Below, in pieces: positions 26,201-38,100 of a stretch of 64,000 bases of DNA. Positions within the stretch are counted from its first letter, which is position 1; every line of letters starts with the position of its first letter. A program made the translations under genes and the position numbers. The DNA lies in contig NC_090404.1 of the NCBI RefSeq assembly GCF_036365525.1, forward strand, positions 27,736,149 to 27,800,148, read 5' to 3'. The stretch is from Heterodontus francisci (taxonomy: Eukaryota). Below the pieces are notes generated by a model. That model was not told the DNA's origin, ran no database searches, and saw only the letters and a list, made by a program, of their open reading frames with translations.

Positions 26201-28282
26201 CTCTCTGTCTCTATTCCTCTCTCACTCTGCCTCTGTCTCTCTCTCTCGACCTCTCTATCTGTCTGTATCTGTCTGTCTCTCTGTTTGTCTCCCTGACTGT
26301 CACTCCCTACTTCTCTCCCTCTCAGCCTGCCTCTCTCTCCCTCTCTACCTGTGTCTCTCCCTATCTACCTGTGTCTCTCCCTCTCTACCTGTGTCTCTCT
26401 CTCTCTGCCTGTGTCTTTCTCTCTGCCTCTGTCTCTGTTTCTCTCGGCCTCTCTCTCTGTCTGTCACTATCTTTCTGTTTGTCTCCCTGATTGTCACTCT
26501 CTGCTTCTCTCTCTCTCTGCCTGTCTCTCTCTCTGCCCCTGTCTCTCTAGCTCTCTCTGCTTGTCTCTCTCTCTCTCTCTCTCTCTTGACCTCTCTATCT
26601 GTCTGTCTCTCTGTTTGTCTCCCTGACTGTCACTCTCTACTTCTCTCCCTCTTTACCTGCGTCTCTCTCTCTCTCTGCCTGTCTCTTTCTCTCTGCCTCT
26701 GTCTCTGTTTCTCTCTGTTTCTCTCTCTTTCTCTCGGCCTCTCTCTCTGTCTGTCACTCCCTGCTTCTCTCTCTCTCTGCCCCTGTCTCTCTAGCTCTCT
26801 GTGCCTGCCTCTCTCTCTCTCTGCCCCTGCCTCTCTCTCTCTGCCTTGCTCTCTATCTCTCTGTCTGCCCTTCACTGTCTCTCTTTCTCTCTCTCTCTCT
26901 GCCGACCTCTCTCTCTCTCTCTCTCTGCCGACCTCTCTCTCTCTCTCTCTGCCGACCTCTCTCTCTCTCTCTCTCTGCCGACCTCTCTCTCTCTCTGCCG
27001 ACATCTCTCTCTCTCTCTGCCTCTCTATCTCTCTCTTTCTCTGCCTGCCTCTGTCACTCTCTCTGCCTGCCTCACTCTCTCTCTCTCTCTCCTTCTCTGT
27101 CTCTCTCTCTTGACCTCTCTCTCTGTCTGTCTCTGTCTCTCTGTTTGTCTCCCTGACTGTCACTCTCTACTTCTCTCCCTCTCAGCCTGCCTCTCTCTCC
27201 CTCTCGACCTGCGTCTTTCTCTCTGCCTGTCTCTTTCTCTCTGCCTCTGTCTCTTTCTCTCTGCCTCTGTCTCTGTCTCTTTCTCTCGGCGTCTCTCTCT
27301 GCCTGCCTCCCTTTTTCTCTCTCTGCCTGCCTCTCTTTCTCTCCCTCTTCCTGCCTCTCTCTCACACACTGCCTGCCATCTCTCTCTCTATCTGCCCCTC
27401 TCTCTCTAGCTCTCTCTCTCTCTGCCTGCCTGCCTGCCCTCTCTCTCTCTGCCGCTGAGTCTCATTATCTTTCTCTCTGCCTGCCTCTCTCTCTCTCTCT
27501 CTCTCTCTCTGCCTGTCTATCTCCCTCTCTCTCTCTCTGCCTGTCTATCTCTCTCTCTCTGCTTCCCCCCCTTTCTCTCTCTCCCCGTCTCTCTCTCTGC
27601 CTCCCGCTCTCTTTCTCTCTCTGCCAGACTTTCTATATCTCTCTGCCTGCCTCTTTCTCTCTCTGCCTATCTGTCTCTCCCTGCCTGCCTCTCTCTCTCT
27701 CTCTCTGCCTGCTTCTGTCACTCTCTCTGCCTGCCTCACTCTCTCTCTCTCTCTCTCTCTCCCTCTCCCTCTCTGTCTCTCTCTTCCTCTCTCTCTCTCT
27801 GTCTCTCTGTTTGTCTCCCTGACTGTCACTCTCTACTTCTCTCCCTCTCAGCCTGCCTCTCTCTCCCTCTCTACCTGCGTCTCTCTCTCCCTGCCTGTCT
27901 CTTTCTCTCTGCCTCTGTCTCTGTCTCTGTCTCTCTCTCTTTCTCTCGGCGTCTCTCTCTGTCTGCCGCTCTGTCTGCCGCTCTGCCTGCCTCTCTTTCT
28001 CTCCCTCGTCCTGCCTCTCTCTCTCACACTGCCTGCCTCTCTCTCTCTGCCTCTCTATCTGCCCCTCTCTCTAGCTCTCTCTCTCTGCTGCTGAGTCTCA
28101 TTATCTTTCTCTCTGCCTGTCTCTCTCTCTCTCCATCTGCCTCCCGCTCTCTTTATATCTCTGCCTGTCTTTCTATATCTCTCTGCCAGCCACTTTCTCT
28201 CCCTGCCTATCTCTCTCTCTGCCTGCCCTCTCACTCTTTCTATCTATCTATCTCTCTGCTTGTCACTCTCTCTCTCTCTCTG

Positions 28283-28317
<35 letters not shown>

Positions 28318-28583
28318 GCCTCCCCTTCTCTCTCTCTGCCCGAGTTTCTCACACTCTCTTTGCCTGTCTCTCTCTCTCTCCCTCTGCCTCCTGCTCTCTT
28401 TATATCTCTGCCTGTCTTTCTATATCTCTCTGCCAGCCACTTTCTCTCCCTGCCTATCTCTCTCTCTGCCTGCCCTCTCACTCTTTCTATCTATCTATCT
28501 CTCTGCCTGTCTCTCTCTCTCTCTCTCTCTCTCTGCCTGCCTCCCCTTCTCTCTCTCTGCCTGAGTTTCTCACACTCTCTTTG

Positions 28584-28627
<44 letters not shown>

Positions 28628-29271
28628 TGCCCCCCTCTCTCTTTCTCTGCCCCTGAGTCTCTCTCTCTCTCTGCCTCCCACTCTCTCTCTCTCTGCCTGC
28701 CTCCCTCTCTCTCTGCCTGCCTCTCTCTCTCTGCCTGCCTCTCTCTCTCTGCCTGTCTATCTCTCTCTCTCTCTGCCTGTCTATCTCTCTCTCTCTCTGC
28801 TTCCCCCCTTTCTCTCTCTCCCCGAGTCTCTCTCTCTGCCTCCCGCTCTCTTTCTCTCTCTGCCAGACTTTCTATATCTCTCTGCCTGCCTCTTTCTCTC
28901 TCTGCCTATCTGTCTCTCCCTGCCTGCCTCTCTCTCTCTCTCTCTCTCTCTGCCTGCCTCTCTCTCTCTCTCTCTCTTTCTGCTTCTGTCTCTGTCTCTC
29001 TCGGCCTCTCGCTCTGTCTCTATCTCTCTGCCTCTGTCTCTCTGTTTGTCTCCCTGACTGTCACTCTCTGCCTCTCTCTCTCTCTGTCTATCTGTCTCTC
29101 TCCCTTTGCCTAACTCTCTCTCTCTCTGTATGCCTCGATTTTTCTCTCTATCCATCTGTGTGTGTCTCTCTCTCTGCCTACCTCCCTCTCTCTCTGCCTA
29201 CCTCCCTCTCTCTCTCTCTATAATCTATCACTCTCTCTCTGTCTCGGTCTTCCTCTCTTTCTCTCTGCCTG

Positions 29272-29302
<31 letters not shown>

Positions 29303-30358
29303 CTCTTTCTATCTGCCTCTCTCTGCCTGCCTCTCTCTCTCTGCCTGTCTCTCTCTCTCTCTCTCTGCCTCTCTCTTTCTATCTGCCTCTATCTGTCTCT
29401 CTCTCTGCCTGCCTCCCCCTCTCACTCTGACTCTGCCTGCCTCTCTCTCTCTGCCTGCCTCTCTCTCTCTGCCTGTCTCTCTCTCTCTCTGCCTGTCTCT
29501 CTCCCTCTCTGCCTGTCTCTCTCCCTCTCTGCCTGCCTCCCTCTCTCACTCTGACTCTGCCTGCCTCTCTCTCTCTCTCCCTCTCTGTCTGCCTCTCTCA
29601 CTCTCTCTCTCTGTGCCTGCCTCTGTCTCGTCCTCTATTACTCTCTCTCTCTCTCCCTCTCTCTGTGCCTGCCTCTCCCACTCTCTCTGTGCCTCCCTCT
29701 CTCTCTCTCTCTGCCTCTCTCTCTCTCTCTCTGTGCCACTCTCTCTCACTCTCTCTGTGCCTGCCTCTCTCACTCTCTCTGTGCCTGCCTCTCTCACTCT
29801 CTCTGTGCCTGCCTCTCTCTCTCTCTCTGTGCCTGCCTCTCTCTCTCTCTCTGTGCCTGCCTCTCTCTCTCTCTCTGCCTGCCTCTCTCTCTCTCTCTGC
29901 CTGCCTCTCTCTCTCTCTCTGCCTGCCTCTCTCTCTCTGCCTGCCTCTCTTTCTCTGTGCCTGCCTCTCTTTCTCTGTGCCTGCCTCTCTTTCTCTGTGC
30001 CTGCCTCTCTCTCTCTGTGCCTGCCTGCCTCGCTCTCTGTCTCTGTCTCTGCCTCTCTCACTCTCTCTGTGCCTGCCTCTGTCTCTGCCTCTATTTCTCT
30101 CTCTCTCTCTTCCTGCCTCTGTCTCTCTCTCGGCCTCTCTCTCTGTCTCTTTCTGTCTGTCTCTCTCTCGGCTTCTGTCTCTCTCTCGGCCTCTGTCTCT
30201 CTCTTTGTCTCCCTGACTGTCACTCTCTGCTTCTCTGTCTGTCTCTCTCTCTCTGCCTCTATTTCTCTCTCTCTCTGTGTCTGTCTCTCTCTCTCTCTCT
30301 CTGCCTGCCCCTTTCTCTCTCTCTTTCTTTGCCTGCCTCTCTCTCTCTCTCTGTCTGC
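8566..30358. repeat. CT-rich degenerate satellite with ~4.2 kb and 1.7-3.4 kb higher-order duplications
   Basis: Identical ORF translations at 10988/15156 and 11217/15385 (offset 4168) and at 13901/18165 (offset 4264). Marker CGGCCTCTTGCTCAGTCT at ~20876, ~22579 and ~25427. Confidence 0.97.
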
Positions 30359-30360
30359 CC

Positions 30361-30760
30361 CAGTCGCAGGCCCCAGTTACCATGGCACCTTGCTCCTGGG
30401 CCTGGGACCTGCCGCCTCCTGCGCGGGGATGGTGGCGGAGATTCAGAGCCCGAGGCTTAGAGCGAGTCTGTACGCAGGCAAAGCCAGTGCTTGGCCTGGG
30501 TCCTGAGCACAAGGCCAGGAAGGCCACACTGGATATGGAGTTTGGGCAGGAAGCGCCGACAGGCAGGCAGCTCAGCCCAGGCACCGCCATCTAACTAACG
30601 GAGCCAAAATGACAGATTGTCCGCCAACTTGGAAAGGAGGACATGCACACGGAGGCTCCGCCATGTTAGTAAAGGAGCTGCAACTGTTATGAGTCACTGA
30701 ACCATTTGGCGGGTCAGCTGAAAACCATTGGCAGGCTGGATTCTGGCCCATGGGCCGGGT
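30361..30760. promoter_or_regulatory. GC/CpG-rich putative promoter upstream of the zinc-finger gene
   Basis: Abrupt GC-rich unique segment with YY1-like CCGCCATCT (~30584) and CCGCCATGTT (~30658), TGAGTCA (~30690) and ATTGG (~30727); lies 1.7 kb upstream of the ZNF exon. Confidence 0.4.
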
Positions 30761-30764
30761 GTTC

Positions 30765-31053
30765 TGGAGTCTAGACTAGCGGGCATAGTGTTAAACTTAG
30801 AGCCAGAACTTTTCAGCAGTGAAGTTAGGAAACATTTCTACACACAAAGGGTGGTAGAAGTTTGGAACTCTCTTCCACAAACAGCAGTTGATGTGAGATC
30901 AATGTTAATGTTAAATCTGACATTGATAGATCTTTGTTAACCAAAGGTATTAATGGATATGGGACAAAGGCAGGTTTATAGAGTTAGATCACAGATCAGC
31001 CATGATCTCATGCCTGGTGGAACAGGCTCGAGGGGCTAAATGGCCAACTCCTA
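30765..31053 (+). mobile_element. CR1-type LINE 3' end
   Basis: ORF2 C-terminal motif EVRKHFYTQRVVEVWNSLP followed by the tail GGCTCGAGGGGCTAAATGGCC. Confidence 0.9.
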
Positions 31054-31270
31054 GAATCAGAGAAACTTACAGCACAGAAGGAGGCCATTCGACCCTTTGT
31101 GCTTGTGCTGGCCCTTTGAAAGAACAGTCGTGCTTCACACCCACTTGTTGTTTGTAAGCCTGTAAGTTCCTCATTCTCAAATACCTGTCAACTCCCTTTT
31201 AAAATGACTGATCGAATCAGGTTCCACCACATTTTCAGTTGGAGCGATCCAGATCCCGACAACTCTCTGT
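31054..31270 (-). mobile_element. CR1-type LINE 3' end
   Basis: ACAGCACAGAAGGAGGCCATTCG tail; minus-strand QRVVGIW...FKREL motif. Confidence 0.75.
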
Positions 31271-31273
31271 TGG

Positions 31274-31595
31274 TGCAGAAACTGCTGAATCCAATGTTGA
31301 GTCTGGAAGGTTGTAAAGTGTCCAATTGAAAGATGAGCTGCTGTTCCTCGAGCTCCCATTGAGATTCATTGGAACAGTGCAGGAGGCCGAGGACAGAGAG
31401 GTCAGAGTGGGAGTGGGACGGAGAATTAAAATGGGAAGTGACCGGAAACTCAGGGTCAAGCTTGCAGACTGAACGGAGATGTTCCACAAAGTGATCACCC
31501 AATCTGCGTTTGGTCTCCTCAATATAGAATAGACCAGATGGTGAGCAGTAAATATAATCTAGTAAATTGCAAGAAGTACAAGTAAATCACTGTTT
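31274..31595 (-). mobile_element. Penelope-like element fragment (GIY-YIG endonuclease region)
   Basis: Minus-strand GDHFVEHLRSV...PVTSHFNSPSHS...EEQQLIFQLDTLQPSRLN matches the recalled Penelope endonuclease C-terminus. Confidence 0.85.
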
Positions 31596-31624
31596 GCTTT
31601 CATCCCACAAAACCCTGAGAATAA

Positions 31625-31885
31625 TCTAAAGTGTGTGACTTTATTTGAAGACAAACGGTTACAATGTAAAGCAAACCACTTGCTGGAATATTAAAGAACA
31701 CCCCAGCTATCAAGACTATTAACACAGCAGATATAAACCCCCCTGTCAGAATGAACATGGTTCAGTCCTGGATGTGATTAACAGCAGCATCCAACCCCTG
31801 CAGTCACTTGTGAACTCACTAGTGTCTCAACGTTTTGGATGATCGATTAAACCCCTTCCCACAGTCAGAGCAGGTGAACAGCCAC
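31625..31885 (-). pseudogene. Inverted remnant of a C2H2 ZNF gene: last finger plus 3'UTR
   Basis: Reverse complement reads [20 protein letters not shown], then the same 3'UTR motif as 33744-33790, and AATAAA (TTTATT at ~31640). Confidence 0.85.
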
Positions 31886-32595
31886 TACTTATATTATAAT
31901 ATTATCTTTAATATTATCTAATATGATATTCTCTTTTACAGTTCAGTGGGATGTAAACAGTAACCCCAGCACCTTCAGGAGAGATGGTGCTAAAGCCCAT
32001 GTGTGCAGAGCGACAATAAAATCAATGACTGTAAATCCTCTCCTAATACTCTGTAAAAGGAGTTTACAAAAGTTATTTGCTGTTACAGGATAGAAATTCA
32101 GAACAGACAATTCTAGATCCTATGGAACATTTTATTCCTCTCTTGTTCCCCCAAAGCTGTAAATCCCCGTCCCACACACTCTTCCTCCTCCCTGTGCTGA
32201 AATCCAAACCCATGTCACCATCTGCACCATTTCTTTCCTCCACTCCCAGTTTTCTCCCTCCCTCTATTCTAGCTGGGTTCAGTTCTCCAGCCCCTGTGTG
32301 CAGAGTGAGAATCAAATCAATGAGTCAATGATTTTCTGTCCTGGTCACTGGGACCCTGAAGCTCCGCCCACTCTCTGTTCTGGTCTCACAAATTACCAGA
32401 TTCATTCAGCTCAATTTCACAACCTGTCTTTGTGTTTTTGTGGGATCTCTTTCACTCCCTTTTTTTCCTGTTGTAACGTCATTACAGGGTAGTGAAGGGG
32501 AGCATTTGCAGACAGGAAACTCAAACAAAACATCACAGCACGATCTGACAGAGTCACTCGATTCATCAGGATCTGAATGTCATCGGCCTTTGACC

Positions 32596-33717
32596 ATGGA
32601 AGCAAAAAGCCTCGTTCACAGTGGGGAGAAACTGTACACGTGTTCTGTGTGTGGACGAGGCTTCAGCCAATCATCTGGCCTGTTGAAACACAAGCGCAGT
32701 CACACTGGGGAAAAGCCGGGGAAATGCGGGGACCGTGAGAAGGAATTAAATTACCCGTCTGAGCTGGAAGCTGCTCAACACAGTCACACTGGAGAGAGGC
32801 TGTTCACCTGCTCCGTGTGTGGGAAGGGATTCACTCAGTCATCAAACCTGCTGACACATCAGCGAATTCACACTGGGGAGAGGCCGTTCACCTGCACTGA
32901 ATGTGGGAAGGGATTCACTCAGTCATCAAACCTGCTGACACACCAGCGAATTCACACTGGGGAGCGGCCGTTCACCTGCACTGAGTGTGGGAAGAGATTC
33001 ACTCATTCATCCACCCTGCTGACACACCAGCGAGTTCACACTGGGGAGAGGCCATTCACCTGCTCTGAGTGTGGGAAGAGATTCACTCATTCGTCCACCC
33101 TACTGACACACCAGCGAGTTCACACTGGGGAGAGGCCATTCACCTGCACAGAGTGTGGGAAGGGATTCATTCATTCATCCGGCCTGCTGACACACCAGCG
33201 AGTTCACACTGGGGAGAGGCCGTTCACCTGCTCTGAGTGTGGGAAGGGATTCTCTCAGTCATCGAACCTGCTGACACACCAACGAATTCACACTGGGGAG
33301 AGGCCGTTCACCTGCTCTGATTGTGGGAAGGGATTCTCTCATTCATCCACCCTGCTGATACACCAGCGAGTTCACACTGGGGAGAGGCCGTTCACCTGCT
33401 GTGAGTGTGGGAAGGGATTCTCTCAGTCATCCAAGCTGCTGGGACACCAGCGAATTCACACTGGGGAGAGGCCATTCATCTGCTCTGTGTGTGGGAAGGG
33501 ATTTGCTAATTCATCCGCCCGGCTGAGGCACAAGCGAGTTCACACTGGGGAGAGGCCATTCACCTGCTCCGTGTGTGGGAAGAGATTCACTCAGTCGTCC
33601 AACCTGCTGACACACCAGTGCATTCACACTGGGGAGAGACCATTCACCTGCTCCGTGTGTGGGAAGGGATTCACTCAGTCATGCAAGTTACTGAGACACC
33701 AGCGAGTTCACAGATGA
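32596..33717 (+). CDS. Tandem C2H2 (Kruppel-type) zinc-finger protein, 373 aa, 12 intact fingers plus 1 degenerate finger
   Basis: Open frame of CxxC-x12-HxxxH fingers with TGERP linkers. ATG lies in ACCATGG Kozak context, a splice acceptor TTACAG ends at 32487, and AATAAA occurs at ~33913 and ~33940. The frame is open back to the acceptor, so an upstream coding exon is possible. Confidence 0.93.
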   Translation: MEAKSLVHSGEKLYTCSVCGRGFSQSSGLLKHKRSHTGEKPGKCGDREKELNYPSELEAAQHSHTGERLFTCSVCGKGFTQSSNLLTHQRIHTGERPFTCTECGKGFTQSSNLLTHQRIHTGERPFTCTECGKRFTHSSTLLTHQRVHTGERPFTCSECGKRFTHSSTLLTHQRVHTGERPFTCTECGKGFIHSSGLLTHQRVHTGERPFTCSECGKGFSQSSNLLTHQRIHTGERPFTCSDCGKGFSHSSTLLIHQRVHTGERPFTCCECGKGFSQSSKLLGHQRIHTGERPFICSVCGKGFANSSARLRHKRVHTGERPFTCSVCGKRFTQSSNLLTHQCIHTGERPFTCSVCGKGFTQSCKLLRHQRVHR

Positions 33718-34467
33718 TTACCAGGGTTGAATTCTGCTGTTATTGCTGCTGTTAATCACATCCAGGACTGAACCATGTTCATTCTGACAGTTGGGGTTTA
33801 TTTCTGATGTCAGTTGCCCCTCTTGGACTAAGCATCTGCCCCACAGCATCTCTCATTCATGTGTGAATAGACCATCATGTCTTCAAACCTCATTTTCCAT
33901 TTAAATCCATTCAATAAATGTATTGAACAAAAGATGAACAATAAACAGATCACAGGCCAATCCTGCAGCTCTATATTGACAGGAGAAAGTCTGTTCTTTA
34001 GCTCAAGAACGAGGCTGTTTAAGCTCTGAATGTTTGTAAGCACCAGCAGACTTGAGCTGTTTGATAGACAGGCTGTTCACAGCTGTTAACATGTCAGATA
34101 TTGAAGGAATTACTCTTAAAATAAACTCACCAATTTATAACCTCAGACTCCGGTCCCTGCTATAATTAATACTCAGCATCATTAGTGCTGATTTACAGTC
34201 AATCACTGAATAACCAGGTTAACCTTTGTTACTTGTTTTGTGAAATACTCTCCCTATTAGTGCTCAACTGCTGGATAACTCTGATTACATTTCTATGTGT
34301 TTATACATGTTTATAAAGTGTCTGTGTGTCCAGATTTAACTAAGTTGTGATTTGTAACCAATAAATGATGTTTTGGCCATGACTAGTCATCTGGTATCTT
34401 GGTGATTTGTCAAGAAAGATTTAGTTCACTCACCCAGCAGCTTGAGAGGAACCAGACTGAGGTTTAA

Positions 34468-37345
34468 TGAACATAAGAAATAGGAGCTGGAGGAGGCCAT
34501 TTGGCCCTTCGAATGTGCTCAGCCATTAGGGATCGGCAATAACTGCTGGCCTTTTCAGCAACACCCACATTCTGTGAATAAGTAGAACAATCGCCTCATC
34601 CCAGGACCCAGACTAGTGAACCGTCATTGCATTCCCTCAAAGGCAAGTGTGTCTTTCCTTAGATAAGAAGACCAAAACTACACACTATTCCAGGTGGGGC
34701 CTCACCAATGTCCTGTATGATTGTAGTAAGACTTTATTCTTACACCCCAATCCCTTTGTAACAAAAGCTAACATATCATTTGCCTTCCTAATTGCTTGCT
34801 GTACCTGCATGTTAACTTTCTGTGATTCATGTACAAGAACACTGTAACAAATGCTTTGATTTAAAAAAAGAAAAAACTTGGAGTTCTGTGGTTTGAAAGA
34901 CTGAGAACATTAAATGCTGAACTGGTGGGGCACAGATTGCAAGGCAACTTGTTTCCAAGCAACAACATCAAGGAAAATGACAGGTCACATGACTTATTGT
35001 TAAGCGTTCAGTTTCACTTTTGCTTTGTGAAAGACCAGTGCTGGGCAGGCAGGAGGCAGAACAAACTGTCTGGGACCTGTGTTTTTTGGCAGACCAGAAA
35101 TAGACCTCTCCCTGAAAATAAGGCCTCTCTTGTAGAAAGAAATTCCACATTTGAGTTGTGGCTGTGTTCTGCCTGGAGAGGAAAAGACCCAGAGAAAGAG
35201 GAGTTGCTGCTCTCTGTGGAGAAAGACTCCTTTGTTGAGAGGAAGACCTGTGTTGTTAAAGGTAGCAAATTCCTATTGCCTCCAGTCTCTGAAAAATCTC
35301 TGCCTCAAGGGTGATTCCTGTTACTCCTGTGTTTTTTCTGAGATCCTGAAATCTCAAGTAAGCTTCTATTGATGGACTGTTACTTTAAACTGTAAGTACA
35401 CCTGTTGCTGCACCGTTTGCTGAAAGATCTGTGTGATGCCTGCTGCAGACGAATTGCCTTGAACGTCTACCCATCACAGACTGTTCATCAAACTCGCCCG
35501 GATAGTCTTTGAGCGGCATCCAACTAATCAACTCTGGGGCACCTCACCAATCTGGAAATACCCTACCAGACCGTGACCACCAACTATTTTATTATTCCTA
35601 AGAAATAGTTGAACACCAAAAAGCCTTTTTCCCCAGTCAACCAGTTTTTTGAATGTGTGTGTGCATGACGGTTAGGAAGAATAAGCAGTAATAAAATCTT
35701 TATATATATATATAGAGAGAGAGAGATTTATCCCATTATTGTTTAAGATTTAGTTTATTAATAAACAGTTAATTTTGTTGTTGTTTGAAGAAATCTGGTT
35801 TGGTGTGCTTTATTCTAGGGGATAAATAAAGTGTTTAATTTGGCTAATTTCCAATAGGTGGAAAACTTTACTAATACGCTGTGACCTGTGAAGCAGTGGG
35901 ACTGAATTAACAGTGCATTACTCCCACCTTGGTTGTAACGACATCCAGATATCTCTGAATGCAAACATTTCTCAGTTTCTCAACATTCATAAAAAAAATT
36001 GTTTTTTTTTAATTTTTCTTATCAAAGTGGATAACTTCACACTTCACCATATTGTATTCCACCTGCCATGTTCTTGCCCACTCACCCACCCAACCTGTCT
36101 GTATGCCTCTGAAGCCTCTTTCTGTCTTCCTCATTTCTTGCTTTCCCACCTAACTTTGTACCATCAGCAAACCTGCATACATTACACTCAATACCCTCAT
36201 CTGAGTCATTTCGATAGATCGTAAATAGCTGAGACCCAAGCACTGATCCTTGCAGTACCCTGCTAGTTACAGCCTGCCAACCTGAAAATGGCCCAATTAT
36301 TCCTACTCTCTGTTTTCTGTCCATTAACCAATCCTCAATCCATGCTAATATATTACCTCAATCCCATGAGTCTTAGTTTTGTGTAATAACCTCTGGTGTG
36401 GCACCTTACCAAATGTTTCTTGCTTCTTGAAAATCCAAATACACAACTGGTTCCCCCTTAACCACCTTACTAGTTACATCCTCAAGAATCTCTAACAGAT
36501 TTTTTAAACATGATTTCTCTTTCACAAGTCCATGTTTGCTCTGCTTAAATCATATTATGATTTTCTAAGTGCCCTGTTACCATGTCCCGAATAATACATT
36601 CTAGCATTTTGCCTACTACTGATGTGAGGCTATTTGGCTGATAGTTCCCATTTTCTCTCTTTCTGCTTTCTTGAATAGTGAGGTTATGTTTGCTACCTTT
36701 CAATCCTTGGGAACCGCTCTAGAATCTATGGAATTCTGGAAGATCAAAACCAATACGTCTGCAGCTACCTCTTTTAAAACCTGATGATGAAGGTTGTCAG
36801 GTCCAGGGGATTTGTTGCCACTTAGTCCCTTTAATTTTTCCATTCCTATTTCTTTACTTATACTGATTTCTTTCAGTTTCTCATTCTCACTAGACACTTG
36901 GTTTCCTATTTCTGGAATGTTTTTGTGTCTTCTATCATGAGGACAGATACAATCATTTATTTAATGTCTCTGCCATTTCCCTATTCCCCATTATAATTTC
37001 AACTGTCGCTCTCTCTAATGGGCCCACGTTTCCTTTCTCTAATATCTTCCTATTGACAAACCTATAGAAACATTTACAATCTGTTTTTATATCTCTTGTT
37101 AATCTGCATTCATATTCTTTCCTGATCAATTTTTGGTCCTCTGCTGAATTCTAAATTCAATCCAATCCTCAGGCATACCACTCATTTTGGTAACATTATA
37201 AATCTCTTCCTTCAATCTAATACTACCTTTAACTCCTCTTGTTAGCCATGGTTGGACCACTTTTTCTGTAAGATTTTTATGTCGTAAAGGAATGTACATT
37301 TGTTACAAATTATGTATTAATTCTTAAAATGCAAGCCATTGCTTG
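34468..37345 (-). mobile_element. Decayed CR1-type LINE (ORF2), internally deleted and interrupted by an LTR
   Basis: Minus-strand RT motifs VLQGSVLGSQLFTIY, CRFADGTKLGG and KSPGPDNLH; 3' tail at 34470-34525. Confidence 0.9.
34843..35940. mobile_element. Solo LTR (Gypsy-like, 4-bp TSD) inserted into CR1
   Basis: Starts TGTAAC and ends GTAACG, with flanks ACAC/ACAT. CR1 resumes after it, and the paralogous empty site is present at ~39440-39450. Confidence 0.75.
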
Positions 37346-37364
37346 TCAACTGTTATATCTTTTA

Positions 37365-37466
37365 AAATAAAAATAAGAAATGCTGGAAATACTCAACAGG
37401 TCTGGCAGCATCTGTGGAGAGAGAAGCAGAGTTAATGTTTCAGGTCAGTGACCCTTCATCAGAACT
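37365..37466 (+). repeat. Short dispersed repeat, probably a Penelope terminal fragment
   Basis: AGAAATGCTGGAAATACTCA.CAGGTCTGGCAGCATCTGTGGAGAGAGAAGCA recurs at 50231-50320 (+) and 58675-58787 (-). Confidence 0.7.
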
Positions 37467-37514
37467 CAGGCTGAATAGCCTCCTTCTGTGCCTTAAATGA
37501 CTCTATGACTCTAA

Positions 37515-38100
37515 TGTTAATTACACTTCCCCACATTGAACCCCTGCCACTGTTTTGTCCGCTCACTAACTCTATCAATATCCCTTTGCAATTGTTTGCT
37601 TCCTTCTAGAATATTCAACGTGCCTCCTAACTCAGTATCAACAAGAAACGTGGATATACAGTTCTCTATTGCTGCACTGAAGTCGTTGATACCTATCATG
37701 GAAAGCTAAGGCCCCAGAACAGATCCTACCAGTCACATCCTGCCAAGTGGAGTACATACTCAAAACCTTACTCTCTCTCTCTCCTACCTCCTGACCAATT
37801 CCCTATCCAAGCAATAATTCTAAGAATAATTCGAGTAATAATTCTAATTCAAATTCCACGCACTTTCATTGTGCATTGTGTGAATGTTGATTGTGTGGAA
37901 CCTTATTGAATGCCTTCTGGAAGTTACATCACAGACATTCCCTTATCTACCATGTTAGTGACCTCCTCAAAAATACAACATGTTTAGTTCGACATGACTT
38001 CTCTTTCTTCTCTCTTTGGCCTCCTTGTCTCGAGACATGATTTAACCTTTTACAAATCCACGCTGGCTCTCTCCGATCAGGTCATATTTGTTCAATTGAT
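37515..38100 (-). mobile_element. Old CR1-type LINE fragment containing a ~36-bp RTE 3' stub (37998-38033)
   Basis: Minus-strand DTELGG...LQRDIDR...FNVGKC. The stub TTTGGCCTCCTTGTCTCGA is flanked by a GACATGA direct repeat. Confidence 0.7.

Noticed and set aside
10205-30232. Recurring 30-bp motif as a CRISPR-like repeat-spacer array
   Set aside because: Spacing is irregular (hundreds of bp to kb), the intervening DNA is itself repetitive, there are no cas genes, and the context is vertebrate.
1-30590. Very long Leu/Ser/Cys-rich (+) and Arg/Glu-rich (-) ORFs, up to 990 aa
   Set aside because: Automatic consequence of CT/GA repeats lacking stop codons; the ORFs overlap in multiple frames and run through N-runs.
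32440-32595. ORF-track N-terminal extension of the ZNF protein
   Set aside because: Starts at a non-ATG codon inside the intron's pyrimidine tract, upstream of the acceptor at 32487.
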